Of a stretch of DNA of 64,000 nt, positions 51,378 to 60,696 are shown piece after piece (within the stretch, counting starts at the first letter, position 1; each line of letters starts with the position of its first letter). The position numbers and the translations under genes are program-made. The notes below the pieces were generated by a model. That model was given only the letters and a program-made list of their open reading frames with translations. It had not been told where the DNA came from and made no database searches. The stretch is from an uncultured bacterium (GTDB lineage Bacteria; Bacillota; Clostridia; Lachnospirales; Lachnospiraceae). The stretch is from assembly GCA_947643145.1 (NCBI GenBank), contig CANRVD010000002.1, positions 8,360-72,359 on the forward strand. Reading direction: 5' to 3'.

Positions 51378-51437
51378 AAACATAGTAACAATTTATCATA
51401 TCTTTATTTGTTTCTCAACAAATATTTTATTTTTTCC

Positions 51438-51466
51438 TTGACGTAAGGAATGGGACATGGTATAGT
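51438..51466 (+). promoter_or_regulatory. SigA promoter of the rpmG-secE-nusG operon
   Basis: TTGACG-N17-TATAGT with extended TG. Confidence 0.7.
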
Positions 51467-51664
51467 AGATGGGCGATGTAACAGTCTTTTTTTTATGCCC
51501 AAATTTTTAAGTATGGCAATAAAAAGGGTGAGAGAAAAAAGGGAAGCGTAAAATGCAAACATGTACCTTTCACCCTTTGTGTTTGTACCTCAAATGAAAA
51601 TGCAGGCATTTTCGCTTGAGGCTTGGTGTAAATCATGCAAAATAGTTAGAAGGAGGTAGCAGCC

Positions 51665-51814
51665 GTGAGAGTAAAGATTACTTTAGCTTGTACAGAGTGC
51701 AAACAGCGTAACTATGATACGACAAAGGAAAAGAGAAACCATCCGGATAGAATGGAAACAAAAAAATATTGCAGATTCTGTAGAAGACACACATTACACA
51801 AGGAGACGAAATAG
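51665..51814 (+). CDS. rpmG: 50S ribosomal protein L33 (zinc-ribbon form)
   Basis: Not in ORF track. GTG start; [17 protein letters not shown]...[17 protein letters not shown]. Confidence 0.97.
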   Translation: MRVKITLACTECKQRNYDTTKEKRNHPDRMETKKYCRFCRRHTLHKETK

Positions 51815-51878
51815 TATTACTGTTCAGATTGTGAAAGTAATAAAATAGTCTCATTGTAGCATGAAAGGAATGTGAATT

Positions 51879-52133
51879 ATGGGAGATTCTGAAATCAAGA
51901 ACGAAGTAGAGAACCAGAACAAACCACAGAAGACAGATAAAGCTGCAAAGAAAAAGGGTGGTTTTTTTAAGTCATTAAAGGCAGAATTCAAGAGAGTTGT
52001 CTGGCCGGATAAAGAGAAAATCGTCAAAGAGACTACAGCGGTTATTATTGTAACAATTGTTTTAGGTGTAATCATCGCCCTGCTTGATTTTGTCATTAAG
52101 CTGGGAATTGATAAGATTATTCAGTTAGGATAA
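51879..52133 (+). CDS. secE: Preprotein translocase SecE
   Basis: AEFKRVVWP followed by a TM. Confidence 0.95.
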   Translation: MGDSEIKNEVENQNKPQKTDKAAKKKGGFFKSLKAEFKRVVWPDKEKIVKETTAVIIVTIVLGVIIALLDFVIKLGIDKIIQLG

Positions 52134-52146
52134 GGGTGATAGATTT

Positions 52147-52668
52147 ATGGCAGATGCAGAAGCACACTGGTATGTTGCTCATACCTATTCAGGGTATGAA
52201 AATAAGGTCAAAATGGATATTGAGAAGACCATCGAGAATCGTAATCTTCAGGACCAGATTTTTGAAGTATCTGTTCCTATGTTAAATGTGGTTGAGGAAA
52301 AGAACGAAGGAAAGAAAACAGTTCAGAAGAAGATGTTTCCTGCCTATGTTCTTATTAATATGATTATGAATGACGATACCTGGTATGTTGTCCGTAACAC
52401 CAGAGGCGTTACTGGATTTGTAGGTCCTGGATCCAAGCCGGTTCCGTTGACAGATGAAGAGATGGCAAGCATGGGATTGAAGGTGGATGCACCAAATGTT
52501 CCATTCAGCATTGGGGATTCTGTTGTGGTAAAATCCGGTGTTTGGGAGGATACAGTGGGTATTGTTCGTCAAATTGACCATCAAAATAAGATGGTTACAA
52601 TCAATATCGATATGTTCGGCCGCGAAACACCTGTAGAGATAAGTTTCAATGATGTAGAAGCAGTATAA
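52147..52668 (+). CDS. nusG: Transcription factor NusG
   Basis: WYVAHTYSGYENKV, VRNTRGVTGFVG, MFGRETPVE. Confidence 0.97.
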   Translation: MADAEAHWYVAHTYSGYENKVKMDIEKTIENRNLQDQIFEVSVPMLNVVEEKNEGKKTVQKKMFPAYVLINMIMNDDTWYVVRNTRGVTGFVGPGSKPVPLTDEEMASMGLKVDAPNVPFSIGDSVVVKSGVWEDTVGIVRQIDHQNKMVTINIDMFGRETPVEISFNDVEAV

Positions 52669-52776
52669 GATGCCGGATTTCTTTTGGGATTTCGGTGTAT
52701 CAGTTCAAAATCGTTCTAAAATAAGTATAAAAACTTGCAAAAAGTAAATTGCAAAATTTACGGGAGGTAAAGAAAA

Positions 52777-53202
52777 ATGGCTAAGAAAGTCGAAGGATAT
52801 ATTAAATTACAGATTCCTGCTGCAAAGGCAACTCCAGCACCACCTGTTGGACCTGCGCTCGGTCAGCACGGAGTAAATATCGTACAGTTCACAAAGGAGT
52901 TTAATGCTAAGACAGCTGGACAGGAAGGCATGATTATTCCGGTTGTTATTACAGTATACCAGGATAAGAGCTTTAGCTTTATCACAAAAACTCCTCCAGC
53001 ACCGGTTCTTATTAAGAAAGCTTGTAATATCCAGTCTGGTTCTGGTGTTCCAAATAAGACAAAGGTTGCTAAGATTACAAAGGCTCAGGTTCAGGAAATC
53101 GCAGAGACAAAGATGCCTGACTTAAATGCTGCTACATTAGAGGCAGCAATGAGCATGATTGAAGGTACTGCACGCAGCATGGGTGTGACTGTAGTAGATT
53201 AA
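52777..53202 (+). CDS. rplK: 50S ribosomal protein L11
   Basis: [18 protein letters not shown]. Confidence 0.98.
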   Translation: MAKKVEGYIKLQIPAAKATPAPPVGPALGQHGVNIVQFTKEFNAKTAGQEGMIIPVVITVYQDKSFSFITKTPPAPVLIKKACNIQSGSGVPNKTKVAKITKAQVQEIAETKMPDLNAATLEAAMSMIEGTARSMGVTVVD

Positions 53203-53254
53203 TCAGATGCCTTTTTGAATCGCATAAAAAAGATTTGTTACGTAATTGGACGAT

Positions 53255-53303
53255 GTGGGAGGCGACACAGTAGTTGTGTCTTAGAACCCGCCGTTACTAC
53301 CAC
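53255..53303 (+). promoter_or_regulatory. Putative L1 autoregulatory leader
   Basis: GTGGGAGG...ACCAC directly before the rplA RBS, as in Firmicutes. Confidence 0.65.
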
Positions 53304-53319
53304 CAGGAGGTTATATATT

Positions 53320-54015
53320 ATGAAAAGAGGAAAGAAGTATGTAGAGGCTGCAAAGTTGGTTGACAGAACAACGCTTTACGAGTTAGAGGATGCTGTCAGT
53401 CTGGTAAAGAAAGCAGCGGCTGCAAAATTTGACGAAACAGTTGAGGCACACATCAGACTTGGCGTAGACGGACGCCATGCAGACCAGCAGATTCGTGGTG
53501 CCGTTGTATTACCAAACGGAACTGGTAAGCAGGTTAGAGTTCTCGTATTTGCTAAGGGTGAGAAGATTGATGAAGCATTGGCAGCAGGTGCAGATTTCGC
53601 AGGCGGCGAAGAGTTGATTCCAAAGATTCAGAATGATGGATGGTTTGAATTTGACGTAGTAGTTGCAACACCTGATATGATGGGTGTAGTTGGTCGTCTT
53701 GGACGTGTCCTTGGACCAAAGGGCTTAATGCCAAATCCTAAGGCTGGTACTGTTACTATGGATGTAACAAAGGCTGTAAATGATATCAAAGCTGGTAAGA
53801 TTGAGTACAGGCTTGACAAATCTAATATTGTTCATGTTCCGGTTGGAAAGGTTTCTTTCACGGAAGAGCAGTTAACAGAAAATATCAGTGCGTTAATGGC
53901 GGCTATTACAAAGGCTAAGCCGGCAGCAGCAAAGGGTCAGTATTATAGAAGCGTATCTATTTCAAGTACAATGGGACCTGGCATAAAGTTAAATACAGCT
54001 AAGTTTATTGGATAG
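53320..54015 (+). CDS. rplA: 50S ribosomal protein L1
   Basis: MKRGKKY..., [15 protein letters not shown]; ATG at 53320 after AGGAGG. Confidence 0.97.
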   Translation: MKRGKKYVEAAKLVDRTTLYELEDAVSLVKKAAAAKFDETVEAHIRLGVDGRHADQQIRGAVVLPNGTGKQVRVLVFAKGEKIDEALAAGADFAGGEELIPKIQNDGWFEFDVVVATPDMMGVVGRLGRVLGPKGLMPNPKAGTVTMDVTKAVNDIKAGKIEYRLDKSNIVHVPVGKVSFTEEQLTENISALMAAITKAKPAAAKGQYYRSVSISSTMGPGIKLNTAKFIG

Positions 54016-54035
54016 TAAGACCTATTTTCATAGAC

Positions 54036-54122
54036 AACAAGAAAGTACTCTTTTACCGCGGGTAAGTGGCGGTAAAGGAGTACTTTCTTGTTAGCGCACC
54101 AGCGAAGTCGGTGCGCTTTTTT
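54036..54122. terminator. Long hairpin terminator plus short REP hairpin
   Basis: AACAAGAAAGTACTC...GAGTACTTTCTTGTT followed by GCGCACCAGCGAAGTCGGTGCGC. Confidence 0.7.
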
Positions 54123-54741
54123 AGGCTTTATAATCGATTGCATTTGATGTCATAGTCTGTGTTGTGACCGGCAGATTCGGAATGGAATTTGTTGGTGTTG
54201 TTTTCTTTTTCTGCGCGGAATTGCTGGAAAGGCATAAGTTCCTTGCAAAACGGCTGATTTGTGTCGCGTATTTTGTTACCATACCGGTAAATTCACTTTT
54301 ATCCGACAATACTTTTTTCACTTTAGCAGCACTGCTTGATAAAAGGTCAGTTTTATCAAGCTTTAATTTGCCGGAAGATGTAACCTTGATTCCGATATCT
54401 TCCAGGGCGCTTTTATTTGCTTTGATATAATTTTTCAATTTCTTCTCTGCGCGGGTTAGCTGTGAAGAAGATGAAAGCTTGTCAGTACTGTCAAAAAGAT
54501 TATTATAGGATTCAACAAAAGCCTTTACATTATTATATATGTTAACTCCGTTATCTTTGCCGTAATCCATTGTTCTTAGATTACGTGCTACCTTTTTTAG
54601 CGCTTCAGAATCAGCACGAACCAAATCCTCTGTCTTTATGGCACCGCGGTTTATTGTTTTGCGGGCATCCCGGTTTGAGGAATAGTACTGGCGCAGCAGA
54701 TAATCATAGCTTGTAATAGTAGTATTTGTAATAGAAGCCAT
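54121..54741 (-). CDS. Short FliD_C-like hypothetical protein
   Basis: KAFVESYNNL and LEDIGIKVTSSGKLKLD; SigD-like GACGATAT upstream (54784-91). Confidence 0.6.
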   Translation of the reverse strand: MASITNTTITSYDYLLRQYYSSNRDARKTINRGAIKTEDLVRADSEALKKVARNLRTMDYGKDNGVNIYNNVKAFVESYNNLFDSTDKLSSSSQLTRAEKKLKNYIKANKSALEDIGIKVTSSGKLKLDKTDLLSSSAAKVKKVLSDKSEFTGMVTKYATQISRFARNLCLSSNSAQKKKTTPTNSIPNLPVTTQTMTSNAIDYKA

Positions 54742-54959
54742 AAGATCCCTCCTTTAAGTTCTTTATTCCATAATCTAATATAAATATCGTCATAAACAGC
54801 AAAGGGAATTATAGAGAAGATGAAAATTTGTGCTTTTTTACAATATTAAATTTTTTTGACACATTTTTATTGTATATCTCTTTATTAGATTTTGTGCTAT
54901 GATTATAGTTAATACATCCTTACGATTATTAAGAGGTGTTATAGAAAGGGTGAGTAAAG

Positions 54960-55916
54960 TTGAAAAAGGTTTTAGTTGTTATTGACATGCAGAAAGACTT
55001 CGTGAGCGGATCTTTGGGAAGCGCAGAGGCAGTGAAGATTGTACCGGCAGTCCGTAAGAAAGTCGAAGATGCGTTAAAGGAAGGTACAAAAGTTATTTTT
55101 ACAAAGGATACCCATGAAAAAGAGTATCTACAGACGCAAGAGGGGAAAAAACTTCCGGTGGAGCACTGTATTCGTGGGACAGATGGCTGGCAGATTATTC
55201 CTGAATTGGAGGAGTATGCGGAAATTGTATTAGAAAAGCCGACCTTTGGCTCCATAGAGCTTCCTGATTATGTGAAAGATGTAGAATATATTGAAGTAAT
55301 AGGACTTTGTACTGATATTTGTGTAATATCCAATGTGTTGCTGCTCAAAGCGCATTTTCCAGAAAAAGATATCTGCGTAGATGGTTCCTGCTGTGCCGGA
55401 GTGACGATAGATTCCCATCATAATGCGCTGGAAGCGATGAAGATGTGTCAGATAGATGTAATAGAAGGCACGCTTCCAGAAAAAAGGGTAATGGTGCAGA
55501 CTTTTGGAAATTTTCAGGTATTTATTGACGATAAACCGGTAAATTTTTCAAGGAGTAAGTCAAAAGAACTGTTTGCTTTTCTGATTGACAGAAGGGGATC
55601 GGGAGTCAGTACGGCAGAGATTGCTTCGATTCTTTTTGAAGATAAGGAGTATAACCGTTCCGTTAAGAATCAGGTGCAGACAATTATCAGCCAGTTAATG
55701 GAAGGACTGCGGGCATATGGCGCGGAGGATATCATAGTACGTCAGTGGAACAGCATTGCGATAGATACACACAAGATAAAATGTGACTATTTTGACTACT
55801 TGGAGCATGTGGATAGTGCCAGGATGAAGTATTCTGGAGAATATATGATCAATTATAGCTGGGCAGAATATACCAATGGTTATTTAATCCAGCAGAAGAA
55901 TAGGGAGATAGAATGA
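54960..55916 (+). CDS. Nicotinamidase/isochorismatase domain fused to a SARP/OmpR-like winged-helix output domain
   Basis: IDMQKDF, KDTH, HCIRGTDGW, EKPTFGS, CTDICV; then VQTFGNFQVFIDDKPVNFSRSKSKELFAFLIDRRG...YSWAE; TTG start. Confidence 0.85.
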   Translation: MKKVLVVIDMQKDFVSGSLGSAEAVKIVPAVRKKVEDALKEGTKVIFTKDTHEKEYLQTQEGKKLPVEHCIRGTDGWQIIPELEEYAEIVLEKPTFGSIELPDYVKDVEYIEVIGLCTDICVISNVLLLKAHFPEKDICVDGSCCAGVTIDSHHNALEAMKMCQIDVIEGTLPEKRVMVQTFGNFQVFIDDKPVNFSRSKSKELFAFLIDRRGSGVSTAEIASILFEDKEYNRSVKNQVQTIISQLMEGLRAYGAEDIIVRQWNSIAIDTHKIKCDYFDYLEHVDSARMKYSGEYMINYSWAEYTNGYLIQQKNREIE

Positions 55917-56016
55917 TTTTACTGTTACTGTGAGTAGTAACCTTTGGCTGGTAAAATTATATTTTTTGGATAAAAGGGTGAATTATTTTAGAAAAAGGGA
56001 GAAAAACAGTTCGATA

Positions 56017-56050
56017 TGGTGTCCTTTTGGTGTCCCTTTAATGTTATACT
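56017..56050 (+). promoter_or_regulatory. Activator-dependent promoter with tandem direct repeats
   Basis: TGGTGTCC at 56017 and 56028 (11-bp period) in place of a -35, then TGnTATACT at 56042-50. Confidence 0.65.
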
Positions 56051-56054
56051 AATG

Positions 56055-56151
56055 TTGTTATCAAGTTACTTAATGTAACAGTAACAAGATATACCCCTCA
56101 AACCCCTCTCCTCTTCAGAGCGATTTATCGCTGTGAAGAGGAATTTTTTTT
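56055..56151 (+). ncRNA. Putative C-rich trans-acting sRNA
   Basis: 5' hairpin, ACCCCTC twice plus CTCCT, strong terminator CCTCTTCAGAGCGAT..ATCGCTGTGAAGAGG+T8; no ORF. Confidence 0.55.
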
Positions 56152-56221
56152 GCTTAAAAAGTTACTATTGTTCACAGTAACACTTTTCTACATTATTAAA
56201 CAAAAGTATAATGAAATAATA

Positions 56222-56249
56222 TTGACATTTTTCGTACAAATGCTACAAT
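56222..56249 (+). promoter_or_regulatory. SigA promoter of the rnf operon
   Basis: TTGACA-N16-TACAAT with extended TG. Confidence 0.7.
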
Positions 56250-56375
56250 AAAAGCTAGACTGTGGTGTGGCTTTTTAGTAATTATACCAAAAATAACCAT
56301 AAAATCTGGTTGAGCATCACATAACAATCTTGCTTTATGCATAGATTGAAAAAAAATACAGAAAGGGGAACCGGA

Positions 56376-57698
56376 ATGAGTGAAGGAACATTTCGCGGGG
56401 GAGTGCATCCCTACGAAGGAAAAGAACTATCAAGTGACTTACCAATTAAAGCGGTAACACCGAAAGGTGATATGGTATTTCCTATGTCACAGCACATTGG
56501 CGCACCAGCTACACCGATTGTAAATAAAGGTGATAAAGTACTGGTTGGACAAAAAATTGGTGAAGCCAGTGGTTTCATTTCAGCAAATATTTGCAGTTCT
56601 GTTTCCGGAACAGTTAAGGCGGTAGAACCTAGAATGCTTTTAAATGGTTCTATGGCAACATGTGTAGTGATTGAGAATGATGGAAACTACACAGGGATTG
56701 AGGGACTTGGGGAGGATCGTGATTATACAAAACTCACAGGTGACGAGATTCGGGAGATTGTAAAAGAAGCGGGAATCGTTGGTATGGGAGGTGCAGGTTT
56801 TCCAACAAATGTAAAACTTGCGCCAAAGGAGCCGGATAAAATTGACTTTATTTTAGTGAACGGTGCCGAGTGTGAGCCATATCTGACTTCTGATTACCGC
56901 CAGATGCTAGAATGCCCGGAGGAGATTGTAGGTGGCCTGAAGGTTATGTTAAAGTTGTTTGACAAGGCGAAGGGGCTGATTTGTATTGAGGATAATAAGC
57001 CGGAGGCAATTGCCAAGATGGAGACTGCTGTCGCAAATGAAAGCCGTATTGAGGTAAAGGTTTTAAAAACCAAATACCCTCAGGGTGGTGAGCGTACCTT
57101 GATTTCTGCAGCAACGGGCAGAAAAATATATTCTGCCAAGCTTCCGGCAGATGCTGGCTGTATTGTAGATAATATTTCTACTGTAATTGCAATTTATCGT
57201 GCAGTATGCAAGCGGACACCACTTATTACAAGGGTTATGACATTAACAGGAGATGCTTTCAAAAGACCTGTGAATGTAAATGTCCGACTGGGATGCAGCC
57301 ATGTGGAACTTGTAGAGGAAGGGGAGGGCTTTAAGCAGGAACCGGCAAAGATTATTTCAGGCGGTCCGATGATGGGATTTGCCATGTTTGATTTGAATGT
57401 GCCTGTTACAAAAACATCTTCCTCTATTTTAGCAATGACACAGGATGAAGTGGCAGAGAATGAACCAACACCATGTATTCGTTGCGGTCGCTGTGTATCA
57501 GCCTGTCCGGGTAATCTGGTACCTCAGAAAATGGCAGTTGCAGCAACAAATAACAATTACGACGAATTTGTGAATTTAAATGGTATGGAATGCTACGAAT
57601 GTGGCAGTTGTACTTATGCCTGTCCTGCAAAGCGCCCGCTGACCCAGACCTTTAAGCAGGCCCGTCAGTATGTCATGGCACAGAGAAGAAAGAAATAG
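56376..57698 (+). CDS. rnfC: Rnf complex subunit C
   Basis: QHIGAPA, GMGGAGFPT, NGAECEPYL, two 4Fe-4S motifs. Confidence 0.96.
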   Translation: MSEGTFRGGVHPYEGKELSSDLPIKAVTPKGDMVFPMSQHIGAPATPIVNKGDKVLVGQKIGEASGFISANICSSVSGTVKAVEPRMLLNGSMATCVVIENDGNYTGIEGLGEDRDYTKLTGDEIREIVKEAGIVGMGGAGFPTNVKLAPKEPDKIDFILVNGAECEPYLTSDYRQMLECPEEIVGGLKVMLKLFDKAKGLICIEDNKPEAIAKMETAVANESRIEVKVLKTKYPQGGERTLISAATGRKIYSAKLPADAGCIVDNISTVIAIYRAVCKRTPLITRVMTLTGDAFKRPVNVNVRLGCSHVELVEEGEGFKQEPAKIISGGPMMGFAMFDLNVPVTKTSSSILAMTQDEVAENEPTPCIRCGRCVSACPGNLVPQKMAVAATNNNYDEFVNLNGMECYECGSCTYACPAKRPLTQTFKQARQYVMAQRRKK

Positions 57699-57713
57699 GA
57701 GGTGTAATGTAGC

Positions 57714-58655
57714 GTGAGTAATTTATTAAATATATCATCATCACCACATGTTCGTGACAAATCCAGCACGAAGAGTATTATGTGGGATGTGTTTCTTGCA
57801 CTTATGCCTGCTACCATCTTTGGAATTTGTAATTTTGGTATTAAGGCAGCAGTTTTGATTGTAACGTGTGTTGTAACAGCTGTATTATCTGAATATATCT
57901 GGCAGAAGGCAATGAAGCTTCCGTTAACTGTCAGTGATGGAAGTGCGGCACTTACCGGTTTGTTACTGGCACTGAACCTTTCTTCGACTTTCCCTGTATG
58001 GATGGCGGTGATTGGTAGTGTTTTCGCTATTATTATTGTAAAGCAGTTATTTGGCGGGCTTGGACAAAACTTCATGAACCCTGCCCTGGGCGCAAGATGC
58101 TTTTTGATGGTTTCTTTTGCCGGACAAATGACATCCTTTACATATGACGGTGTTACCGGTGCAACTCCTTTAGCAATGATTAAGCAGGGAGATGATTCAA
58201 CAAGGCTTGTAGATATGTTCCTTGGAACAATCGGCGGAACCATTGGTGAGACTTGTACGCTCGCTTTGCTTCTGGGTGCAGCATACCTGCTTGTCCGTAA
58301 GGTAATTACCTGGACGATTCCGGTATGCTATATTGTTACTTTTGCAGTGTTCGCGCTGATTTTTGGCGGACATGGTTTTGATATCACCTATCTTGCAAAA
58401 GAACTTTGCGGTGGCGGACTGATGCTCGGAGCTTTCTTTATGGCAACCGACTATGTTACCAGCCCGATTACACCAAGAGGACAGATTGTATTTGGTATTC
58501 TCCTCGGTGTTCTGACAGGGGTATTTAGAATCTTTGGTGCATCAGCAGAAGGTGTATCTTATGCAATTATTATTTGTAACCTCTTGGTTCCATTAATTGA
58601 GAGGGTGACAATCCCTGTTCCATTTGGAAAGGAGGGTATAAAAGATGGCAAATAA
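57714..58655 (+). CDS. rnfD: Rnf complex subunit D
   Basis: SSSPHVR, FGGLGQNFMNPAL, TGATPL FMN site. Confidence 0.96.
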   Translation: MSNLLNISSSPHVRDKSSTKSIMWDVFLALMPATIFGICNFGIKAAVLIVTCVVTAVLSEYIWQKAMKLPLTVSDGSAALTGLLLALNLSSTFPVWMAVIGSVFAIIIVKQLFGGLGQNFMNPALGARCFLMVSFAGQMTSFTYDGVTGATPLAMIKQGDDSTRLVDMFLGTIGGTIGETCTLALLLGAAYLLVRKVITWTIPVCYIVTFAVFALIFGGHGFDITYLAKELCGGGLMLGAFFMATDYVTSPITPRGQIVFGILLGVLTGVFRIFGASAEGVSYAIIICNLLVPLIERVTIPVPFGKEGIKDGK

Positions 58656-59298
58656 TGAAAAATCAAGTAATACGGTAATCCATGATACCATTTGCCTTTT
58701 TGTAATTACTCTTGTAGCGGGTATACTGCTGGGCGGTGTCTATATGATTACAAAGAGTCCGATTGAGAAGCAGGAAGAAAAGGTAAAGCAGGAAGCATAC
58801 GCAGCCGTATATTCTGGCGCAGAGTTTCAGACAGATAAGGATGTTGATGCAAAGTTAGCAGATTTTCAGGCAGATTTGGCTGCTGGAAAAGTAAAAACAG
58901 CTTCTGGAACTGACCTTTCTGATGTAGAAATTCAGGAAGTCATGAAGGCTGTTGTAGATGGCCAGGATGCGGGTTATGTAGTGACTTGTACCGGAAAAGG
59001 CTATGGCGGTGCTGTAAAGCTTGCACTTGGTATTGATGGAGAAGGCGTTGTAAAAGGCATCCAGATTATGGATTGCAGCAATGAAACTCCGGGGCTTGGT
59101 CAGAACAGTTCCAATGAAGAGTGGAACAAGCAGTATGTTGGAATGGCTTCTTCACTGGATGTTTCTGTTGTAAAGGATGGAAGCGGAAGCGCTGAGAGCG
59201 GTACAATTAATTCCATCAGTGGTGCTACGATTACCAGTAGTGCTGTTACAAGAGCTGTAAATGGTACATTTTTATTTATCACATCATTATCAGAATAG
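58645..59298 (+). CDS. rnfG: Rnf complex subunit G
   Basis: GYGG, ETPGLG, SGATITS FMN site. Confidence 0.95.
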   Translation: MANNEKSSNTVIHDTICLFVITLVAGILLGGVYMITKSPIEKQEEKVKQEAYAAVYSGAEFQTDKDVDAKLADFQADLAAGKVKTASGTDLSDVEIQEVMKAVVDGQDAGYVVTCTGKGYGGAVKLALGIDGEGVVKGIQIMDCSNETPGLGQNSSNEEWNKQYVGMASSLDVSVVKDGSGSAESGTINSISGATITSSAVTRAVNGTFLFITSLSE

Positions 59299-59310
59299 GA
59301 GGGAAAATAC

Positions 59311-60102
59311 ATGAATTCATGTACGGAACGTTTAAAAAATGGTATCATTACGGAAAATCCCACCTTTGTAATGATGCTTGGTATGTGTCCTACCCTTGCG
59401 GTAACATCTTCCGCAATTAACGGTTTGGGCATGGGACTTACGACAACAGCCGTATTAGTCCTGTCTAATGTGTTTATTTCCTTACTGCGTAAAGTGATTC
59501 CGGATAAGGTTCGTATTCCGGCATTTATCGTAGTAGTTGCTTCATTTGTAACAATTATCCAGCTGCTGTTGAAAGCATTCCTGCCGTTCCTTGACAGTGC
59601 GCTCGGCGTGTATATTCCGTTGATTGTAGTAAACTGTATTATTCTTGGGCGTGCAGAAGCATATGCTTCCAAAAATCCAGTCGTTCCATCCTTGTTTGAT
59701 GGTCTTGGCATGGGGCTTGGATTTACCTTCGGTCTGACCTGTATTGGTATCTGTCGTGAGATTCTTGGTGCAGGCGCTATATTTGGAAAAGAATTTATAC
59801 CGGATGATTTCCATATTACATTCTTTGTCCTCGCACCGGGAGCATTCCTTGTTCTGGCATTTTTAACAGCAATTCAGAATAAGTTAAAATTGCCATCTGC
59901 TACAAATGTAGAAAGGGATGACAGCCTTTCCTGTGGCGGAAATTGTGCAAGCTGCGTAGGTGCAAGCTGTGTAGCAAACAAGGGCATTATTGAGGCAGAA
60001 CGTGTTGCTGCAAAAGCTGCGAAAGCACAGGCTGCCAAGGAAGCTGCTGAAAAAGCAAAGGCAGCAAAAGCTGCCAAAGCAGCAGAAAAGAAGGAGGATT
60101 GA
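59311..60102 (+). CDS. rnfE: Rnf complex subunit E with Cys-rich and Ala/Lys tail
   Basis: LGMCPTLAV, IPLIVVNCIILGRAEA. Confidence 0.95.
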   Translation: MNSCTERLKNGIITENPTFVMMLGMCPTLAVTSSAINGLGMGLTTTAVLVLSNVFISLLRKVIPDKVRIPAFIVVVASFVTIIQLLLKAFLPFLDSALGVYIPLIVVNCIILGRAEAYASKNPVVPSLFDGLGMGLGFTFGLTCIGICREILGAGAIFGKEFIPDDFHITFFVLAPGAFLVLAFLTAIQNKLKLPSATNVERDDSLSCGGNCASCVGASCVANKGIIEAERVAAKAAKAQAAKEAAEKAKAAKAAKAAEKKED

Positions 60103-60107
60103 TATAA

Positions 60108-60680
60108 GTGAATTTATTTGTAATTATTATTTCATCTATGCTTGTAAGTAACGTAGTACTTAGTCAGTTCCTCGGTATCTGTCCTTTCCTTGGTGTTTCA
60201 AAGAAAGTTGGAACTGCTGTAGGTATGGGAGCTGCAGTTACATTCGTTATTACAATCGCGTGTATGATTACATACCCGATTTATTATGGAATTCTGGTTC
60301 CGTTAAAGTTAGAATATTTACAGACCATTGCGTTTATTTTGATTATCGCAGCATTAGTACAGTTTGTGGAGATGGCATTAAAGAAGTTTATGCCTTCCCT
60401 CCATGCATCTCTCGGTGTGTATCTTCCTTTGATTACAACGAACTGTGCGGTACTTGGTGTTGCCATTAACAATATTTCAGACGGTTATAACTTTATTGAA
60501 AGTCTTGTATGTGGAATCTGTACAGCATTAGGTTTTTTAATTGCGATTGCAATTCTTGCCGGAATCCGCGAGCGTATCGAGTACAACAATATTCCGGATT
60601 CCTTTAAGGGAACTCCGATAGTACTGGTAACAGCAAGCCTGATGGCAATTGCATTCTGCGGTTTCGCAGGTTTGGTTTAG
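60108..60680 (+). CDS. rnfA: Rnf complex subunit A
   Basis: FLGICPFLGVS, LPLITTNCAVLG. Confidence 0.96.
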   Translation: MNLFVIIISSMLVSNVVLSQFLGICPFLGVSKKVGTAVGMGAAVTFVITIACMITYPIYYGILVPLKLEYLQTIAFILIIAALVQFVEMALKKFMPSLHASLGVYLPLITTNCAVLGVAINNISDGYNFIESLVCGICTALGFLIAIAILAGIRERIEYNNIPDSFKGTPIVLVTASLMAIAFCGFAGLV

Positions 60681-60696
60681 GAAGGAGGAAGATAGT

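Noticed and set aside
56160-56220. Rex operator upstream of rnf
   Set aside because: No convincing TTGTTAA-N4-TTAACAA-type 18-bp palindrome found
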